Shown: positions 29,586-47,592 of the stretch, in pieces
How the letters are laid out: every line of letters starts with the position of its first letter
Numbering within the stretch: the first letter of the stretch is position 1
Assembly: GCF_009914755.1 (NCBI RefSeq)
Contig: NC_060941.1
Strand: one strand, 5' to 3'
DNA: 64,000 nucleotides
Source of the DNA: the human T2T-CHM13v2.0 reference genome, Homo sapiens
Notes under the pieces: generated by a model
Databases searched by the model: none
What the model saw: the letters and a program-made list of their open reading frames with translations, nothing else
What the model was told of the DNA's origin: nothing
Made by a program: the position numbers and the translations under genes

Positions 29586-29940
29586 CGTATTAGTCCATTT
29601 TCATGCTGCTGATAAAGACATACCTGAGACTGGGAAGAAAAATAGGTTTAATTGGACTTACAGTTCCACACGGCTAGGGAGGCCTCAGAATCATAGCAGG
29701 AGGCAAAAGGCACGTCTTACATGGCAGCAGCCAGAGAAAAATGAGGAAGATGCAAAAGTAAAACCCCTGATAGAACCATCAAATCACGTGAGACTTATTC
29801 ACTACCACAAGAACAGTATGGGGGAAACTGCCCCCATGATTCAGATTATCTCCCACCAGGTCCCTCCCACAACACATGGGAATTATGGGAGTACAATTGG
29901 AGATGAGATTTGGGTGGGGACACGGAGCCAAACCATGTCA
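29586..29940 (-). mobile_element. THE1 (MaLR) solo LTR, 355 bp
   Basis: The reverse complement begins TGACATGGTTTGGCTCCGTGTCCCCACCCAAATCTCATC and ends ...GGACTAATACG. Perfect 5-bp TSD ctacc at 29581-85 and 29941-45. Confidence 0.93.
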
Positions 29941-30866
29941 CTACCCAACATGGTTACACGTCCAAATGCTAACAGAAATTATATCTGGGAGGTAAAAATA
30001 GGAATAATTTTTATTTTTTATTAAACATTTTTCATAATATATATTTTATGCCTTGTTTTTTATCACATAGATAACAGAGGTTTTATATATATATAAATTA
30101 AAAAATGGTGCTGGGTAAGTGGAGTAGATATGCTTTTCCCTATTCCATTTGAAATACAACTACAAGCCCTGAACAATATATATAAAACTAACATAAGAGA
30201 CCCTGAAAGAGAGAGAGAAGGCACACAGGCTAGGGACCCTGGGGACAAGGAATGGCATGGGTGAGTTCCCTGGCTTCTCTTTTTGCCTTATAGATTCCAG
30301 ACTTGGAGCTGAACAGCCAGCAATCTGAAAAAATGGGTGCAGATTTAAAATAAAGCCCTCACAAAAGCCTGCTCTCTCTAGCCAAAGCCTGAGGAAAGAG
30401 GCAACTTAGCAAGACAGACACTTTTAGACAATACCTGCTCTATTCCAGCCAAACTCCACAGGGAAAATTGTGGTGCCACCTCCACCAGCAAAAGCCAGTT
30501 AATCGGCTTAGACTTCCACCCTGGCCAGGCCGTAATGAGGTTCCCCAAATCCCCTGCCATGGCCACTGTCTGAAGAAGCCAAGTAGATAGCCAGGTCTTT
30601 TATCTCCATTAGCGGTAATTAGCCCCCTCCCACTCCACAGTGTTAGTGGACACCAGTGAGGAGCCTGGACTTCCACCCCCACCAGACAGTAAAGAGACAC
30701 CTCCATGATAAGATGATGTCAGAGGAAGCCTAGCAGGGAGTCAAGACTTTTACCACTGCCCAGAAGTAATGAGGTCATCCCCTCTGCTGTGGTGGCATTG
30801 TAGCTGTAAGGAGGCACTCCTACCGTTTCTAGCCAGAGACGTATCAGTGGAGGCCTGTTAGAACTT

Positions 30867-31286
30867 AGATATGTTTTTTTTTGGTCCCACCAAGTCTCAT
30901 GTTGAAATCTGATCTCCAGTGTTGGAGGTGGTGCCTGGTGAGAGGTCTTTGGATGGTTGGAGCCAATCTCTCTGAATGGCTTGGTGTCATTCTCATGGGA
31001 GTGAGTGAGTACTCACTCTTCATTCCTGAGAACTGGTTGGGAACCAGCTTAGTTCCCCTGAGAGCCTGGCACCTTCCCCCTGCACCCAGTTTCCCACCAT
31101 GTGATTTCTTCACACCAGCTCCTTTTAACCTTCCACCATGACTGCATGTGGCTTGAGGCTCTCACCAGATGCAGATGTTGATGCCATGCTTCTTGTACAG
31201 CCTGCGGAACTGTGAGCCAAATAAACCTCTTTTATTTATAAATGACTCAGCCTTGGGTATCCTTTATAGCAGCACAAACAAAGACA
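30867..31286 (+). mobile_element. MST (MaLR, MSTB-like) solo LTR nested in the L1 5' region
   Basis: cccaccaagtctcatgttgaaat...cttcttgtacagcctgcggaactgtgagccaaataaacctc...aaagaca. Confidence 0.85.
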
Positions 31287-32774
31287 AAACCTAATAGGTA
31301 GCTGGAACTCCCACTCTACCCCTTAGTAATGTCAGACAAAAGGTCTAACATTCATGTGATTGGAGTACCAGTGGGAGAGGAGAAAGAAGGCCGGGCTGAA
31401 AAACTACTTGAAGAAATAATCACTTAAAACTTGGCAATGGAGGCTGAGTGTGGAACCTGAAGAGGAGAACCTCCTGGGAGAGGAGAAAGAAGGCAGGGCT
31501 GAAAAAGTACTTGAATAAATAATCACATAAAACTTGTCAAATTTGGCAAAATATATAAAACTACAGTTTTAAGAGGCTGTGTGAACCATAAACAGGATAA
31601 AGCCAAGAAATACACACCAAGACATCTCATAGTCAAAATTCTGAAAACTAAAGACAAAGAAAAAATCTTGAAAGGATCAAGAGAGAAACAACACCTTATC
31701 TTAGATGAAATATAATTTGAATGACAGTGTACTTTTCATCAAAAATTATGAATGCTAGAAGGAAGTGGAATAACATATTCTAATTGCTGAAGGACAAGCA
31801 CTGTCAGCCTAGAGTCCAATATCCAGCAAAAATATCCTTCAGGAATGAAGAGGAAATCAAGATACTCTCAGAGGGAGAAAAACTGAAATAATTTGTCACC
31901 AGCATCCCTACTCTAGAAGAATGGCCAAAGGAAATTCTCTAAACAGAAAAAAGGATAATAAAAGAAAGAAATCTTGGAACATCAGGAAGAAATAATAAGA
32001 AAGGGAAAAATCTGGGTAAATACAATAGATTTTCCTTCTCCTCTTGAGTTTTCTAAGTTATCTTAGATGGCTGAATAAAAAATAACACAGTCTGATGTAG
32101 CATTAAATGTATGCTGAGTAAATATTTAAGACAATCATATTATAAATGGAGGCAGGTAAAGGGAAATAAAGGGAGGTACAGTTCACTAGGACTGGTAAAA
32201 TGATAACAGTGGACTGTGATAAGTAACAATATATGCAGTGACCATTCAAAAAGCTATACAAATAGATATATATAAAAGCATTACAGATAAAATAAAAAAT
32301 GAATTCTAAAGAATGTTCAGTTAGTCCATAGGAAAAAATGCAAAACCAATAACAAAATAGCAGACTTGAGCCCTAACATATCAGTAATTACATTATATTT
32401 AAATGGACTAAATAAGCCAATTAAAAGACAGAGATTTGTAGTGAATTATAAAACATAACCCAACCATTTGCTGTCTACAAGAAACTCACTTTATATATAA
32501 ATATATAGACAAATTAAAAGTAAAAGGGTGGAAAATATATATCGTGCAAGCATTAATTAAAAGAAAGCAGCAATGGCTATATTAATATCAGATAAAGTGG
32601 AGTTCAGAGCAAAGAGAATTACCAGAAGCAGAGAGGGACATTATATAATGACATAAGGTCAATTCACTAAAAGACACAGCAAACCTAAATGTGTTCACAC
32701 CAAAAAGATATGTGAAGCAAAAACTGAGAGAACAGAAAGAAAACATAGACAAACTCATAATTATAAGTGGGGAC

Positions 32775-33160
32775 TGCCACAGTGGAATGCTATACAGCCA
32801 AAAAAAGAGAACAAAATCATGTCCTTTGCAGCAGCATGGATGAAGCTGGAGGCCATTATCTCAAGGAAATTAAGGCAGAAACAGAAAACTGAATACCACA
32901 TGTTCTCACTTTTAAGTGGGAGCTAGGCTATGGGTTTGCAAAGAAATACAGAGTTGTATAATGGACATTGGAGACTCAGAATGGGGGAGACATGGAAGGG
33001 GGTGAGGGATGAAAAACCAACTACTGGGTACAATGTACACTACTCAGATGGTGGATCCACTAAAATCCCAGACTTAACAACTATACAATTCATTCATGTA
33101 ACCAAAAACCACCTGTACCCCAAAAGCGATCGAATTTAAAAACAGTAAAAAACAAGAAAT
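32775..33160 (+). mobile_element. L1PB/L1MA 3' end nested in the older L1
   Basis: atcatgtcctttgcagcagcatggatgaagctggaggccattatc...atgtaaccaaaaaccacctgtacccc-A tail. The host GDFN-type sequence (ggggact / ggagacttc) flanks both sides. Confidence 0.85.
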
Positions 33161-34469
33161 AATCGGAGACTTCAGCATCCTTCTCTCAACCACTGATAGA
33201 ACAACTGTAAAGAAAATCAGCAAGGATGCATAAGAATTCAACAACACTATCAGTCAACAGGATCTAATAAACATGTTAGAGCACTCCACCTAACAACAGC
33301 AGAATACACATTTTTTTCAAGTACTTACGGAACATAAACTAAGATAGATCATATCTTGGGCCTTAAAACAACCAAACTTTCAATTACTTAAAAATAACTG
33401 AAATCATACAGAGTGCATTCTATGACCACAATGGAATCAAACTAGCAATCAATAATAGAAAGATCACAGAAAAATCTCCAAATACTCAAAAACTAAACAA
33501 ACTTCTAAATAATTCATGGGCCAAAGAGGAAGTCTCAAGAGAAATCCAAAAATTCACTGAAGGAATGAAAATGAATGTACAATGTATCAAAATTGGTGGG
33601 ATACAGTTAAAGTAGTTCAGAGAGAGAAATTTATATCACAAAATAACATATATTAAAACTGCTGTATGGCCCAGCAATTGTGCTCCTGAGCGTTTATCTC
33701 AAAGAAAGGAAAACTTATGTTCATACGAAAACCTGTACATGAATGTTTATAACAGCTTTGTTCAAAATGGCCAAAAACTGAAAACAAACTAAATGTCTTT
33801 CAATTTAGAATATGGTTCGACAGACTATGGTCCATCTATACTATGGAATATTATTCAGCAATTGAAAGGAAATAACTATTGATACACACAACAACCTGGG
33901 TTAACTTCCGGAAAATTATGCTGAATAAAAACAAAGTCAATGCCAAAAGAATGCGTAACATATTATTTCATTGCACAATACTTTTGAAGTGACAAAATTA
34001 TAGAAATGGAGAACATATTGGTGGTTGCTAGGGTTAGCATTAGGGCAGGTGCAGGAGGGAAGTGGGTGTGGCTAAAAAAGGGCAACATGAGGGATCCTCG
34101 TGGTGATAGCAATATTCTATATCTTGACTGTATCAAGGTCAATATCCTGGTTGTGATATTGTCGTATTTGTTTTGCAAGATGTTACCATTGGAGCAAACT
34201 GAGAAAAGGGTACAAAGGATCTCTCTTTATTATTTCATAGAATGACATATGAATCTACGATTTATCTCAAGATGTAAAAGTCTAATTAAAAAACAAAACT
34301 TAAAAGCCTTGTACAGATAAGTTTAAAATGTTAAAATATAAGCTTTAAAACTACCTAGAATAACCACTACCAATAGTCTGATCTTTATCCTTCTAAAAAC
34401 TTTATTTTTTAAAATCCCACAGATCATACTCAAATAGATTTATCTCATAAAAGAGGTGATATTCGAGAG

Positions 34470-37910
<3,441 letters not shown>

Positions 37911-37969
37911 GGGTTTTTAAACATAAATAGAACCATAGTATACATGTTGTTCTATGCACGGTTGTCCCT

Positions 37970-38440
37970 GAGAAAGCATATCTGATTACATCATTCTCTC
38001 CCAGCCCTCTGAAACCTTTCCTTTGGGTTTTCATTGCCTTGAGTCAAAACTCAAGCCCATAACATGGCTCACTGGACCCCAAGAGTTCTGTGCCCTTCTT
38101 CTCTAGTCAGTCTCAAACCTCTACCTTTCCTCTCCATAAAACTTCTTCCTGCATGTGCTGCCTCTGCCTGAAACATTTCCACCATGTTCCCCTGTTTCTG
38201 ATGTGGATCTTAATATGCATTCTTCTGTCTTCCATTTCCAGGTCACTTCTTCAGGGGAGATCTTCTGACCTCCAGGCTTGGCTGGATGTCCACCCCCACC
38301 CTTTCAGCTCCCAGAGCATCTCTGCTTCCACTGTGCCTGCGTTATAACTGCCTATTTCTCTAGCGGGCTTTCAACTCTGACGTCAATGTCCCATCTAACA
38401 TAATGGTTCTAACCCCAGTGCCTGGCACAGGGTCTGGGCA
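37970..38440. mobile_element. L2 3' fragment
   Basis: catatctgattacatcattc...cacttcttcaggggagatcttctgacc...ccccagtgcctggcacaggg. Confidence 0.65.
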
Positions 38441-38944
38441 GATTCTCCCTGGAAAGTTACATGAGTGTGCAAACGAAAGCCCCGCCCAAATATAGGCCCA
38501 TGATGTTATGACCATATGAGCAATAGGGGATATTCCTCTGGCTTCAAGGGGAAATCACGTCTATTGCAACGTCCCAGTGAGTCAGTCTTCAGAGGTGTTG
38601 AACGAGTCGTTTTTGGCCACCCACAGTGTGGGCAGGTTGCCTGGGAGACCTGCTTCCTTCCTTGTTTCCTCTGCCAGAGGCCAAAGGAAGAGATTCAGGT
38701 CAGAACCCAAGCTTCCCCGGAGCTGTTCCTAAGACCTCAGAGTACAAATACAGGATAATTTATATTTCTATTAATTTATTTCTTTCTGTACATTGTGCTC
38801 TCCCCTCACCCTATCCCCATGCTAAATAAGAAGGCAACCATCCTGAGGAAGGTTTGTGGCAGGAAAGTGAACAGCTCTGAGCTCCCGGACAGCTCCTGGC
38901 AGGATGGGGCTTGGCATCGGATTTCAGTCAACATAAGAAGACAA

Positions 38945-41930
<2,986 letters not shown>

Positions 41931-42455
41931 GAATTTCTCAGATACACTTGAAGCATTTCAAGTATATATTTGAAATTTTATTTCTCAAATGCTTGAATTT
42001 ATGGACCAAGATTCATATTGGATACATGGGAGCTACTTGCTCAGAGCAAAAGAAAAAGATGAGAGACAGTATCCAGGTATGACCCAAGTTTACCTTTCTA
42101 CATGAGGGACAGTAAGAAATGAACGTAGCCTGGAGTTTCCTCTGTAAAAAGAGAATCCTGCTTGAGTCTTGTGGGCTTACATAAGCTGGTGCCACCGCCA
42201 TCAGCTACTACCCACAGTGAGTTCCTACTACCTGTCAGCTGCTGGAAGAGGCAGGCACTTTCACATGGGACAATCCTTCCAGGTGGTCATTCTTCATCTC
42301 TGTTTTACACATAAGGAAACGATGGCTCTGAGAGATAAAGTCACTTTCTCAGGATCTGCAGCAAGTGAGAGCAATGATGCTAACTCAGGCCTGCCGAACA
42401 CCAAAGCCCTCCCCAGCTGTCAGGTAACACCTCGAATTCTCTACCCAATTGCTCC

Positions 42456-42926
42456 AGCAGTAGGAATTCCTAAACTTTTTTGCACCATGGGACCATTCAG
42501 CAGTCTGACATCTACAGACCCCTCTTCAGAATAATGCTTTAAATGCATGAAATAAAATACACAGAATTGCAAAGGAAATGAGTTACACTGAAATACAATG
42601 GTCAAACTATTTTTAAATCATCAGATTTATGAAATGGGAGTATACGTTCTTCTCATTAACACATGAAATAATAAAAGCCCAGCAGTGAGTCTAATCACTG
42701 TGATCACCTAAACGTAGTAAAGAGCATGAATGACATTTGAGGTATCTGCAACCTCAAAGTGACACGAAAACATCTGGATTTCTGTTGGTGACAAAGTCAC
42801 AGGTGCTACTGATATGACTGTGGTTTTTGCCTACGTTCAAATGCGAACTTCAGTTACAGGTGAGTGAAAATAACGATGCCACGTGTTCTCCATCCAAGTT
42901 CACGGATGCCTGGCTGAGAATCTCTG
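42456..42926. mobile_element. hAT-Charlie DNA transposon derivative (Charlie4a-like)
   Basis: ttcctaaacttttttgcaccatgggacc...cttcagaataatgctttaaatgcatgaaataaaatac...ccatccaagttcacgga...ggctgagaatctctg. Confidence 0.65.
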
Positions 42927-43709
42927 CTCCCCAGAAGCTGTGCAGCCAAGAGGAATGGGAACGTGGCCCCTCCCTCTCCCAGGGACTGTCATTGCCTTTT
43001 GATATTCATGTATTCTGGAGTCCTGGTGTGAGAAGGGGTCACCTTCCTGCCCCAATGTCCTTCCCTACTCCAGAATTCCTCAAATCTGCGTATTTCTGGA
43101 AAGCTCCAAATAGAGTGTTTCAGTTCTCATGGTGGTCCCCATCTCAGCTTAGTCTTACACATCTCTCTCAGGACAGTTTAATTCCTTTTAAAAACAACCC
43201 CCAGAGAGCTGCGGGGAGTTTCTAATCTCTCATATCAGGCTTCTTGTATGACTTCACAAGGGCAGCCCCTAAGCCTGCTTCCCCTGGGAGATGGGGGCCT
43301 GGCTGAAGGTGTGGTGTCAGAGCCTCCTGCATTGATGAAAACCCAGGAGCAGAGCCCAGCAGGGAAGAGCCCCCAACCTGGGGCAAGCAGCTGGGCACGT
43401 GGGAGGCCCTGCCCTTCTCACCTCACTGGGGCCTGTTTAGGGAATGGAGAACCTCTCTGGACCTGTTTACTTGACCATAAAATGGGAGAGGAGTCTCTCC
43501 ACCGTGGTACATTATGAAGTTCAGAGCTGCTGCAAGAAGGCTTAAGAACAATCCCAAAGCAACCACCGGCCATCCTCAGAGCTCATCCCTGACAAGATGG
43601 GACCCAGGAAAACTCACGAAGGGACGCCAGCAAACAGCAGCCTTGTAACACTTTCCTGAAGATCCCATACACAAAACGACCACAGTTCCCAGCCTCCTGC
43701 CTGCTGAGG

Positions 43710-44030
43710 TTTTTTTGTTTGTTTGTTTTTTGTTTTTGTTTTTGTTTTTAGAGACAAAGTTTTGCTCTTGTTGCCCAGGCTGGAGTGCACTGGTGCAATC
43801 TCGGCTCTGCAACCTCCGCCTCCCAGGTTCAAGTGATTCTCCTGCCTCAGCCTTCCGAGTAGCTGGGATTACAGGCATGAGCCATCATGCCTGGCTAATT
43901 TTTGTATTTTTAGTAGAGACAGGGTTTCACCACGTTGGCCAGGCTGGTCTCAAACTCCTAACCTCAGGTGATCTGCCTGCCTCGTCCTCCCAAAGTGTTG
44001 GGATTACAGGTGCGAGCCACTGTGCCTGGC
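43710..44030 (-). mobile_element. AluS (Sq-like) with (TTTTTG)n tail
   Basis: Antisense Alu. Confidence 0.95.
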
Positions 44031-45771
44031 CCCTGCTGTGTTTTTGAGAGAGAGGCAGGGAGGAGCTGAGTTGGGACACAGCCAGAGTGTGGACCCAGAC
44101 CTCCTCACCCCTTCCTCTTCTTTATTCAAGGCATCCCCGCTCCTCTCTCAGCCTCAGTGTTCCAGTGGGTAAAGAAATGAGGGCCCCTCCAGCTCCACTG
44201 TGACCCAGCAGGGAAGAACAACTTCTGATCACAGCCACAGCATCCCTGTGTGTCAGCAGCAGGACAATGGGAGCCACTCCAGCTGTCCCAGTTGCAGCAG
44301 GTCCTACTGTGCAGAGACCACTTTGCTTCCTGTCTAACCACCATGACTGAGGGGTGTAGCGGGATAGATATGGGGTTGGTGGGGAGGCAGAGAGTAGGGA
44401 GGCAGGTGCAGGGAGGCCAGGCTCCACAGAGGCACGTGGCCAAGGTGACTCACCAGCACATTTCCATGGTTCTCTGGATCTGGCCCCCTCCCCACGCAGT
44501 GATTCGGGTTGGGGGAAGAAGGCAGCAGAAGACAAGAAGGAGAAAGAAAAAAAGGGGATGTGCAGAGAGGGAAGAGTGACCAGAGACGGCTTGAAGGACT
44601 AAGTTGAACAGAAATAATACCCTTAAAACACCCTGATTCTGAGACAGATGAAAGGAGTTCAAAAACAAAAACAAAAAAGTCAAAATGTACACCAGCAGCC
44701 CCAATGTTTCCTGTTTTTCTAACAAATCACCAATGATTTCCAAGAAAAGCAAGCTGTGCTGCGCTTGCCCCCAGGCACAGCCGCAGAATTTGCACATCTG
44801 GCCTGTGCTTCGAGAGCGGCCCACGCGGCACCGTGGCACAGGATGTGGCGGGGCAGGCGGCAGGGTCTGCAGGGCAATGATCCCGAGAGGAGTGTGGCCA
44901 GGAACCCTCTAGGGAACACCTGCCGTGGTTGTCCCTGCTGCTTGCGGCCTGTGGATATCAACCTGTCACCACCTGTCAGCCAGTTCATCCTACGGCCTCC
45001 CTCAATCCTGCCTGCTGCATTAATGCAGGCATCGAGATGCAGGCAGTAGGACAGGGGAAAACAGAAAGATCCCCCTATTTACTCAGAAGACCCTTCGGGA
45101 GGATTTACATGTATGGACTTTCCCATGACCATCTGAATTCTCTGAGAATTTCCCGTTAGATGGGCGTGGGGGCTTCAGGGAGGCTCAGGGGGCCGGGTTT
45201 CCTTGGAGACAGGGAGCTGACAGCTCAGGTAGAGGCGAGGTCACCCTGCCAGCTCCTCACAACGGGGCCCTCATCTCCCATCCCATCTCCAGCTTCTCTC
45301 CCTTCCATTGCAGAGGGTCTCACAGGGTCCTGGGGTCTTTCAAAAGCCCCTAGAGGGAAGGGCAGACCCTCGAGCTGGGGCTGAAATCAGTCTAGTGACC
45401 CCAGGACCTGTGCCCCTTCCTATCTTGGCCACCTCCCAGGAAACCACACCTGACCTCTGCCGGCCTGACCCCATCCAGAAATACACAGCTGCCCCTGGAG
45501 AGCCCCTCCCTGCCCCCACCCTGCAGCCTCTTCTCTGTTCCACCCATAGTCGGAGCCTCCTTGCAGCTCCTGCCCCCACTGCTGCCTCACCCATTCCTGC
45601 CACCTCACCCATGCCACAACCCCCCATCTGCAGGAGCTCTGCTCAGCCCCACCAACACCCTGACAGGGGCAGGTTCAAAAGACAGTCTGCAGGAGGGGGT
45701 GAGGTGTCTTGGGTGGGAGGAAGGAAGACAGAGGGAAGCTATGCAGCCTTCATCTCCTGTCAGCCTTATTC

Positions 45772-46078
45772 TTTTTCTTTCTTTCTTTCTTTTTTGAGAC
45801 AGAGTCTCGCTCTGTCGCCCAGGCTGGAGTGCAATGGTGTGATCTCGGAGGCACTTGAACCTCCACCTCCTGGGTTCACGCCATTCTCCTGCCTCAGCCT
45901 CCTGAGTAGCTGGGACTACAGGCGTCCGCCACCACGCCCGGCTAATTTTTTGTATTTTTTAGTAGAGAAGGGGTTTCACCGTGTTAGCCAGGATGGTCTC
46001 GATCTCCTGACCTCATGATCCGCCCGCCTCGGCCTCCCAAAGTGCTGGGATTACAGGTGTGAACCACTGCACCCGGCC
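45772..46078 (-). mobile_element. AluY with a non-Y internal patch
   Basis: Y diagnostics ttcacgccattctc, gtgttagccaggatggtctcgatc. Perfect 17-bp TSD ctgtcagccttattctt at 45757-73 and 46079-95. Confidence 0.95.
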
Positions 46079-46135
46079 CTGTCAGCCTTATTCTTATTTG
46101 GCTGCTGCGCCAGCTGGACAAAGCAGATCACGTCA

Positions 46136-46160
46136 TACACACACACACACACACACACAC
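46136..46160. repeat. (CA)n microsatellite
   Basis: ~12 units. Confidence 0.9.
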
Positions 46161-46234
46161 TTTGCTAAAACATTTGAAAGTGAGTTGCAGGCTGTGGACA
46201 TCATAGCACATCACTCCTAAACATCAGCTTGAAC

Positions 46235-46565
46235 CTTTTTCTTTTTCTTTTTTTTTTCGTCAGGAGACAGGGTCTCGCTCTGTTGCACAGGCTGGAGTGC
46301 AGTGACACAATCACATCTCACTGCAACCTTGAACTCCCAGGATCAAATAATCCTCCCACCTCAGCCTCCTGAGTAGCTGGGGCTACAGGTGTGCACTACA
46401 AAGCCTGGCTAATTTTTAATTTTGTTTGTTTGTTTGTTTTTGTAGAGATGGAGTCTCAATACGTTGTCCAGGCTGGTCTCAAACTCCTGGCCTCAAGCAA
46501 TCCTCCTGCCTTGCCTTGGCCTCCCAAAGTGCTGAGATTATAGGTGTGAGCCACCATGCCTGGCC
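46235..46565 (-). mobile_element. AluJ
   Basis: Antisense Alu with J-type features. Confidence 0.92.
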
Positions 46566-46661
46566 TTGATTGAATCATATTAAACATGAGAAGATATTAG
46601 CAATTTCGTGGGGTTCAATCTAATACTTGAGCACACATCTCTCAAGAAAAGAGACATTCTT

Positions 46662-46968
<307 letters not shown>

Positions 46969-47055
46969 ACATTCTCCAACCTTCCAACCTGACCACACCT
47001 GGCAAATTGACAATAATTCTGAAACATTGTCTGCTGTACCCTAGGGAATATACTC

Positions 47056-47592
47056 CTTTTTTTTTTTTAACTTTTATTTTAGGTGCGGGGGTACATGTGC
47101 AGTTTTGTTATGGTAAACTCGTGTCACGGGGGTTTGTTGGACAGATTACTTCGTCACCCAGGTACTAAGCTTAGTACCCAATAGTTATTTTTTTCTGATC
47201 TTCTCCCTCTTCCCACCCTCTGCTCTCAAGTAAGCCCCAGTGTCTGTTGGTCCTTTCTTTGTGTCCATGAGTTCTCATCATTTAGTTCCCACTTATAAGT
47301 GAGAGCATGTATTTTGTCTTCTGTTCCTGCATTAGTTTGCTAAGAATAACAGACATCCTGTTATTCTATTATGTTATCTATTATGCTGAGAATAATAGCT
47401 CCATCCACATTTCTGCAAAAGACATGATCTTGTTCTTTTTCATGGCTACATAATATTCCATGGTGTATATGTACCACATTTCCTTTATCCAGTCTACTGT
47501 TGATGGGCATTTAGGTTGATTCCATGTCTTTGCTGTGTGAATAGTGCTGCAATGAACATATGCATGCATGTGTCTTCATGCAGAATGATGCA
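47056..47592 (-). mobile_element. L1PA/PB 3' end (antisense)
   Basis: ggggtacatgtgcag...cccacttataagtgagagcatg...gatgggcatttaggttgattccatgtctttgc. Confidence 0.9.

Larger units (their letters stand above)
30150..34300 (+). mobile_element. Fragmented L1M (5'UTR, ORF1, endonuclease region, 3' end) with nested insertions
   Basis: ORF1-like acaccaagacatctcatagtcaaa; EN-like tgctgtctacaagaaactcact and tatgaccacaatggaatcaaactag; 3' end to ~34295. Confidence 0.85.

Noticed and set aside
45308-46018. 236-aa plus-strand proline-rich ORF
   Set aside because: Low-complexity C-rich sequence running into an antisense Alu; non-ATG start and no recognisable domain.
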